64,000 nt of DNA, taken from an uncultured Gemmatimonadaceae bacterium (GTDB taxonomy: Bacteria; Gemmatimonadota; Gemmatimonadetes; Gemmatimonadales; Gemmatimonadaceae). The position numbers and the translations under genes are program-made. Below are positions 59,658 to 64,000 of this stretch, piece by piece; the first letter of the stretch is position 1; every line of letters starts with the position of its first letter. The DNA lies in the NCBI GenBank assembly GCA_963822945.1, contig CAWGJO010000004.1, forward strand, positions 105,821 through 169,820, in the 5' to 3' direction. The notes under the pieces were generated by a model. The model searched no databases and was not told the origin of the DNA. It was given only the letters and a program-made list of their open reading frames with translations.

Positions 59658-61574
59658 GTGCGCAAACTGCTCCTCGCCCTCGCCGGCGTCGCCCTGCTTC
59701 CCGCGGTGCTGGCCGCCCAGTCGGCGGCTGAGCTCGCCGTCGCCGACTCGTCGCCCTTCCGCCCGCTCGTGCTCCCGACGCCCAACGGCGTGCGCACGGC
59801 CAGCGGCCGGCCCGGCGCCCATTACTGGCAGCAGAAAGTGGACTACGCCATCGCCGCCACGCTCGACCCTGCACGCAATCGGATCGCCGGCCGGGAGACC
59901 ATCCACTATCGGAACAATTCGCCCGACTCGCTCCCCTACGTGTGGATGTTCCTGGAGCAGAACCTGTGCGCGCCCACCAGCATCACCAATACGCTCAACC
60001 AGCCGCCGCTCAAGTTCCTCGACAGCGAGTTCGATTTCTCCTGCCAGGGATTCAAGGGCGGGTTGACGCTCGACTACATCCGTGTGGGCGGACGCGATGC
60101 GGCACACGCCGTCTACGGCACGACGATGCGCGTGGATCTCGCCAGACCGCTGGCGCCGGGGGCGTCGATCGACCTCGAGGCCAAGTGGAGCTTCGCGGTG
60201 CCGGAGCAGGGCGGGGGGCGCATGGGACACGACGGTCCGCTGTACGAGGTGGCCCAGTGGTATCCGCGCATGGCCGTCTACGACGACGTGCACGGGTGGA
60301 ACCACGAGCCGTACATCGGCGCCGGGGAATTCTACCTCGAGTACGGGGACTTCGACGTGTCGCTCACCGTGCCGTTCAGCTACATCGTACGCGCCACCGG
60401 CGAACTGCAGAACCCGCGCGCCGTGCTCACGGCCACGGAGATCGACCGGCTCGCCCGGGCGCGCACCTCCGACACCACGGTCCACGTCATCAACAGTCGC
60501 GAGCTGATGGACTTCGCGGCCATCCGTCCCAAGACCAGCGGCACCCTCACCTGGCACTTCACGTCGCACAACACGCGGGACTTCGCGTGGGCGGCCGGCC
60601 CGGACTTCCTCTGGGATGCCAGCGGGTGGGACCACATTCTCATCGAGACGCTCTACCGCCGCTCGGCCGACAAGTGGCCCGAGGCCAACCGCATGGCGCG
60701 CGCGACCATCAAGTATTTCAGCGAGCAGTGGTACCACTATCCCTGGTCGCACGCCACGACCATCGAGGGCCCGATCCAGGGGATGGAATACCCGATGATC
60801 ACCTTCGTGCCCAACAGCCCCACGCGCGAGGACCAGCAATGGGCGCTGGCCCACGAATTCGGACACGAGTGGTTCCCGATGATCGTGGGGAGCAACGAAC
60901 GGCTGTATCCGTGGATGGACGAAGGGTTCAACACCTTCATCGACCTCCACAATGCGGCGCTGTACTTCAAGGGGACGGCCTACGGCGACACCATCGAATC
61001 GCACCCGCTGCACCTGTACGCCGAGCACGGCGTGCCCGGGAACGAGCAACCGCTGATCGAGAATCCCACCGAGGTGCGCGACCTTTTCTGGTCCGGCTAC
61101 CAGAAGCCCGCGTTGATGATGCGCACCCTGCGCTTCGAGGTGCTGGGCCAGCGGCGGTTCGACGACGCCTTTCGCGCCTACATCAAGGCCTGGGCGTTCA
61201 AGCATCCCACGCCGGCCGACTTCTTCCGGATCATGCGCGACGAATCCGGCATGGATCTCGACTGGTACTGGCGGGAATGGGTCTATACCACCGCGCGGCT
61301 CGACCAGGCCGTCGACTCGGTGGCGAACGGTCCCGACGGCGCCCGGGTATACATCGCCAGCCGGGGCACGATGATCATGCCCGTCGAACTGTCGCTCACC
61401 TTCGCGGACCGCACGACGGCCACGGTGAAGCTTCCCATCGAGATGTGGAACCTGGGGCAGGTGTTCGTCTACCGCGTCCCCGAGCACAAGGCGGTCGTCG
61501 GCGCCGAGGTGGACCCGCGCCACGTGCTGCCCGATATCGATCGGTCCAACAACAGCTGGCATTCGAGGTTCTGA
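59658..61574 (+). CDS. Secreted M1 family metallopeptidase
   Basis: Signal peptide; AQWYPRMAVYDD, GMEYPM, HEFGHEWFPMIVGSNE...WMDEG, YQKP. Confidence 0.92.
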   Translation: MRKLLLALAGVALLPAVLAAQSAAELAVADSSPFRPLVLPTPNGVRTASGRPGAHYWQQKVDYAIAATLDPARNRIAGRETIHYRNNSPDSLPYVWMFLEQNLCAPTSITNTLNQPPLKFLDSEFDFSCQGFKGGLTLDYIRVGGRDAAHAVYGTTMRVDLARPLAPGASIDLEAKWSFAVPEQGGGRMGHDGPLYEVAQWYPRMAVYDDVHGWNHEPYIGAGEFYLEYGDFDVSLTVPFSYIVRATGELQNPRAVLTATEIDRLARARTSDTTVHVINSRELMDFAAIRPKTSGTLTWHFTSHNTRDFAWAAGPDFLWDASGWDHILIETLYRRSADKWPEANRMARATIKYFSEQWYHYPWSHATTIEGPIQGMEYPMITFVPNSPTREDQQWALAHEFGHEWFPMIVGSNERLYPWMDEGFNTFIDLHNAALYFKGTAYGDTIESHPLHLYAEHGVPGNEQPLIENPTEVRDLFWSGYQKPALMMRTLRFEVLGQRRFDDAFRAYIKAWAFKHPTPADFFRIMRDESGMDLDWYWREWVYTTARLDQAVDSVANGPDGARVYIASRGTMIMPVELSLTFADRTTATVKLPIEMWNLGQVFVYRVPEHKAVVGAEVDPRHVLPDIDRSNNSWHSRF

Positions 61575-61575
61575 G

Positions 61576-62573
61576 ATGCAGTACGTTCGGCTTGGCCACA
61601 CCGGCCTGCAGGTTTCGCGGCTCGCACTGGGCTGCATGAGCTACGGCACCCCCGACTGGCGTCCCTGGGTGCTGGACGAGGCGGCCGCCGAAGCCGTTCT
61701 TCGCGCGCGCCATCGAGGCGGGAATCAACTTCTTCGACACGGCCGACATGTACTCGCTCGGCGTGAGCGAGGAGGTCACCGGCCGGGCGCTGCGCGAGAT
61801 GGCGCGACCGCGAGGAGATCGTCGTCGCCACCAAGGTGAACTTCGCGATGAGCCGCGGCCCCAACATGGGCGGCCTGTCGCGCAAGCACATCCTGCAGGC
61901 GTGCGAAGCGAGCCTCCGGCGGCTGGGCGTCGACGCCATCGATCTCTATCAGATCCATCGGTTCGACGCCGCGGTGCCGATCGAGGAGACGCTCGAGGCG
62001 CTCAACGACCTCGTGCGCGCCGGCAAGGTGCGCTACATCGGCGCCAGCTCGGGCTCGGCGTGGCGCGATGGCGCAGGCGCCTCAGTACCTCGGAGCGCAA
62101 CGGCTGGGCGCGCTTCGTCTCGATGCAGAATCACTACAACCTCCTCTACCGCGAGGAGGAGCGGGAGATGATCCCGCTCTGCCTGCACGAGGGCATCGGG
62201 CTGATTCCGTGGAGCCCGCTGGCCCGCGGCGTGCTGGCGCGGCCGCGGCCGCCGATGCGAAGGTGGCGAGCGGCGGCACGACGCGGGCCGGTTCCGACGA
62301 TTACTCGTCGCAGCTCTACGAAGCGCCGGGCGACTGGGACATGGTGGATGCGGTGGCGCGGCGTGGCCGAGGCGCGCGGCGTCGGCATGGCGGAGGTCGG
62401 CGCTGGCCTGGCTGCTCTCGCGTCCGGGCGTGGTGGCGCCGATCGTCGGCGCCACGAAGATGGCACACCTCGATGCGGCGCTTCACGCGCTCGATCTGGT
62501 GCTCTCGGATGAAGAACGCGAGGCACTCGATGCGCCGTACCGCCCGCATGGTGTCCGCGGTCACACGGTGTAG
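61576..62573 (+). CDS. Aldo/keto reductase, multiple frameshifts
   Basis: [44 protein letters not shown]...[35 protein letters not shown]. Confidence 0.88.
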
Positions 62574-62687
62574 GCCGTGCGATCGGGCCCACTAGCCGGG
62601 CGCCGCGGGAAGCGCTAGACATCACGTATCTCGAGAGGCGGGAGTCCGGACCTCGTGGGCAATGCCAGAGTTCTAAACTTCAATCCG

Positions 62688-63677
62688 ATGCGCGTCGTCG
62701 ACATCCCGGCGCCGGGCGGCCCCGAAGTGCTGACCGTGGGTGAGCGGTCGCGGCCGGGGCCTATCCTGAATGAAGTGCTGATCGAGGTCGCGGCCGCCGG
62801 TGTGAACCGTCCCGACATCCTTCAGCGCAAGGGCGCGTATCCTCCGCCGGCGGGTGCCAGCGATATCCCGGGGCTCGAGGTGGCGGGCACCATCGTCGGC
62901 CTGGGCGCGAACGTGACGGAATGGAAGGTGGGGGACGAGGTCTGCGCGCTCGTCGCCGGCGGCGGTTACGCCGAGTACTGCCTGGCACCCGCCGAGCAGT
63001 GCCTCCCCATTCCGCGCGGCCTCTCCATGGTCGAGGCGGCCTCGCTTCCCGAGACCTTCTTCACGGTGTGGAGCAACGTGTTCGATCGGGGGCGGTTGGC
63101 GCCGGGCGAGGTGTTCCTGGTGCAGGGCGGATCGAGCGGCATCGGCGTGGCGGCCATCCAGATGGCGCGCGCCATGGGGGCGCGCGTGTTCGCTACCGCG
63201 GGCAGCGCCAACAAGTGTGATGCGTGCGAAGCCCTGGGGGCCGAGCGCGCCATCGACTACAAGACCGAGGACTTCGTGGCCGTGGTGAAGGCCGCGACCC
63301 ACGATCGCGGCGCCGATGTCATTCTCGACATGGTGGGCGGCGACTACGTCCCCCGCGAACTCTCGCTCCTCGCCGAGGACGGCCGGCTCGTGTTCATTGC
63401 CACGCTCGGCGGCGCCAAATCGGAATTCAACATCCGCCAGGTCATGGCGCGGCGGCTCACGATCACCGGCTCGACGCTGCGCAACCGGTCACCGGAGTTC
63501 AAGGGCGCCATCGCGACGCAACTGCGGGAGAAGATCTGGCCCCTGCTGGAGAATGGCACGATCAAGCCCGTCGTCCACGCGGTGTTCCCGATCGCGGACG
63601 CCGCCGCCGCCCACGCCGAATTGGAGCGCGGGAAGCACGTGGGCAAGATCGTATTGGATGTGAAGGGAGGGGGGTGA
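62688..63677 (+). CDS. NAD(P)H-quinone oxidoreductase (PIG3/zeta-crystallin family)
   Basis: AAGVNRPD..QRKGAYPPP, PGLEVAG, GGGYAEY, LPETFFTVW, GGSSGIG, GSTLR. Confidence 0.95.
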   Translation: MRVVDIPAPGGPEVLTVGERSRPGPILNEVLIEVAAAGVNRPDILQRKGAYPPPAGASDIPGLEVAGTIVGLGANVTEWKVGDEVCALVAGGGYAEYCLAPAEQCLPIPRGLSMVEAASLPETFFTVWSNVFDRGRLAPGEVFLVQGGSSGIGVAAIQMARAMGARVFATAGSANKCDACEALGAERAIDYKTEDFVAVVKAATHDRGADVILDMVGGDYVPRELSLLAEDGRLVFIATLGGAKSEFNIRQVMARRLTITGSTLRNRSPEFKGAIATQLREKIWPLLENGTIKPVVHAVFPIADAAAAHAELERGKHVGKIVLDVKGGG

Positions 63678-63730
63678 ACGGCGACACGCGGCGGATCGGC
63701 AGCGTCCGGATTCCGCGTCGCCCGTTCACC
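63673..63730. terminator. Imperfect inverted repeat between convergent genes
   Basis: GGTGAACGGCGAC..GCGG ... CCGCGTCG-C-CCGTTCACC. Confidence 0.45.
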
Positions 63731-63746
63731 GTTCACCCTTCCTCGC

Positions 63747-64000
<254 letters not shown>

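Overview
High-GC (about 70%) bacterial window. Gene content and style point to Gemmatimonadota, which is an inference. It contains no rRNA, tRNA, CRISPR array, integrase or transposase. In order it carries: the 3' part of an M14-like secreted peptidase; an RND efflux operon; a duplicated beta-barrel outer-membrane protein; a MacA/MacB-permease/TolC cluster with no ATPase; a ribose-type ABC importer; several lipoproteins including a tandem cupredoxin; a run of exported peptidases (M28, three M1, two M13, one HExxH lipoprotein, GGT); a hybrid histidine kinase; an orphan TolC with a sigma54-type promoter; two BNR/VPS10-repeat proteins; and oxidoreductases. Many genes are split by scattered 1-bp indels, most likely uncorrected long-read errors. 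Two loci stand out. (1) At 46.2-52.2 kb, SCO and CtaG precede a Cyc2-like cytochrome-porin fusion, a monoheme cytochrome c and cydAB, which together suggest an outer-membrane electron-uptake (possibly Fe(II)-oxidation) chain. (2) At 23.4-26.4 kb, three CRP-like boxes precede a ZU5-like lipoprotein ending in an HF|S autoproteolysis motif and a TPR-HD-GYP phosphodiesterase, convergent with an atypical Crp, which together suggest an undescribed peptide/c-di-GMP signalling module. All family calls are from motif recognition by eye, with no database search.
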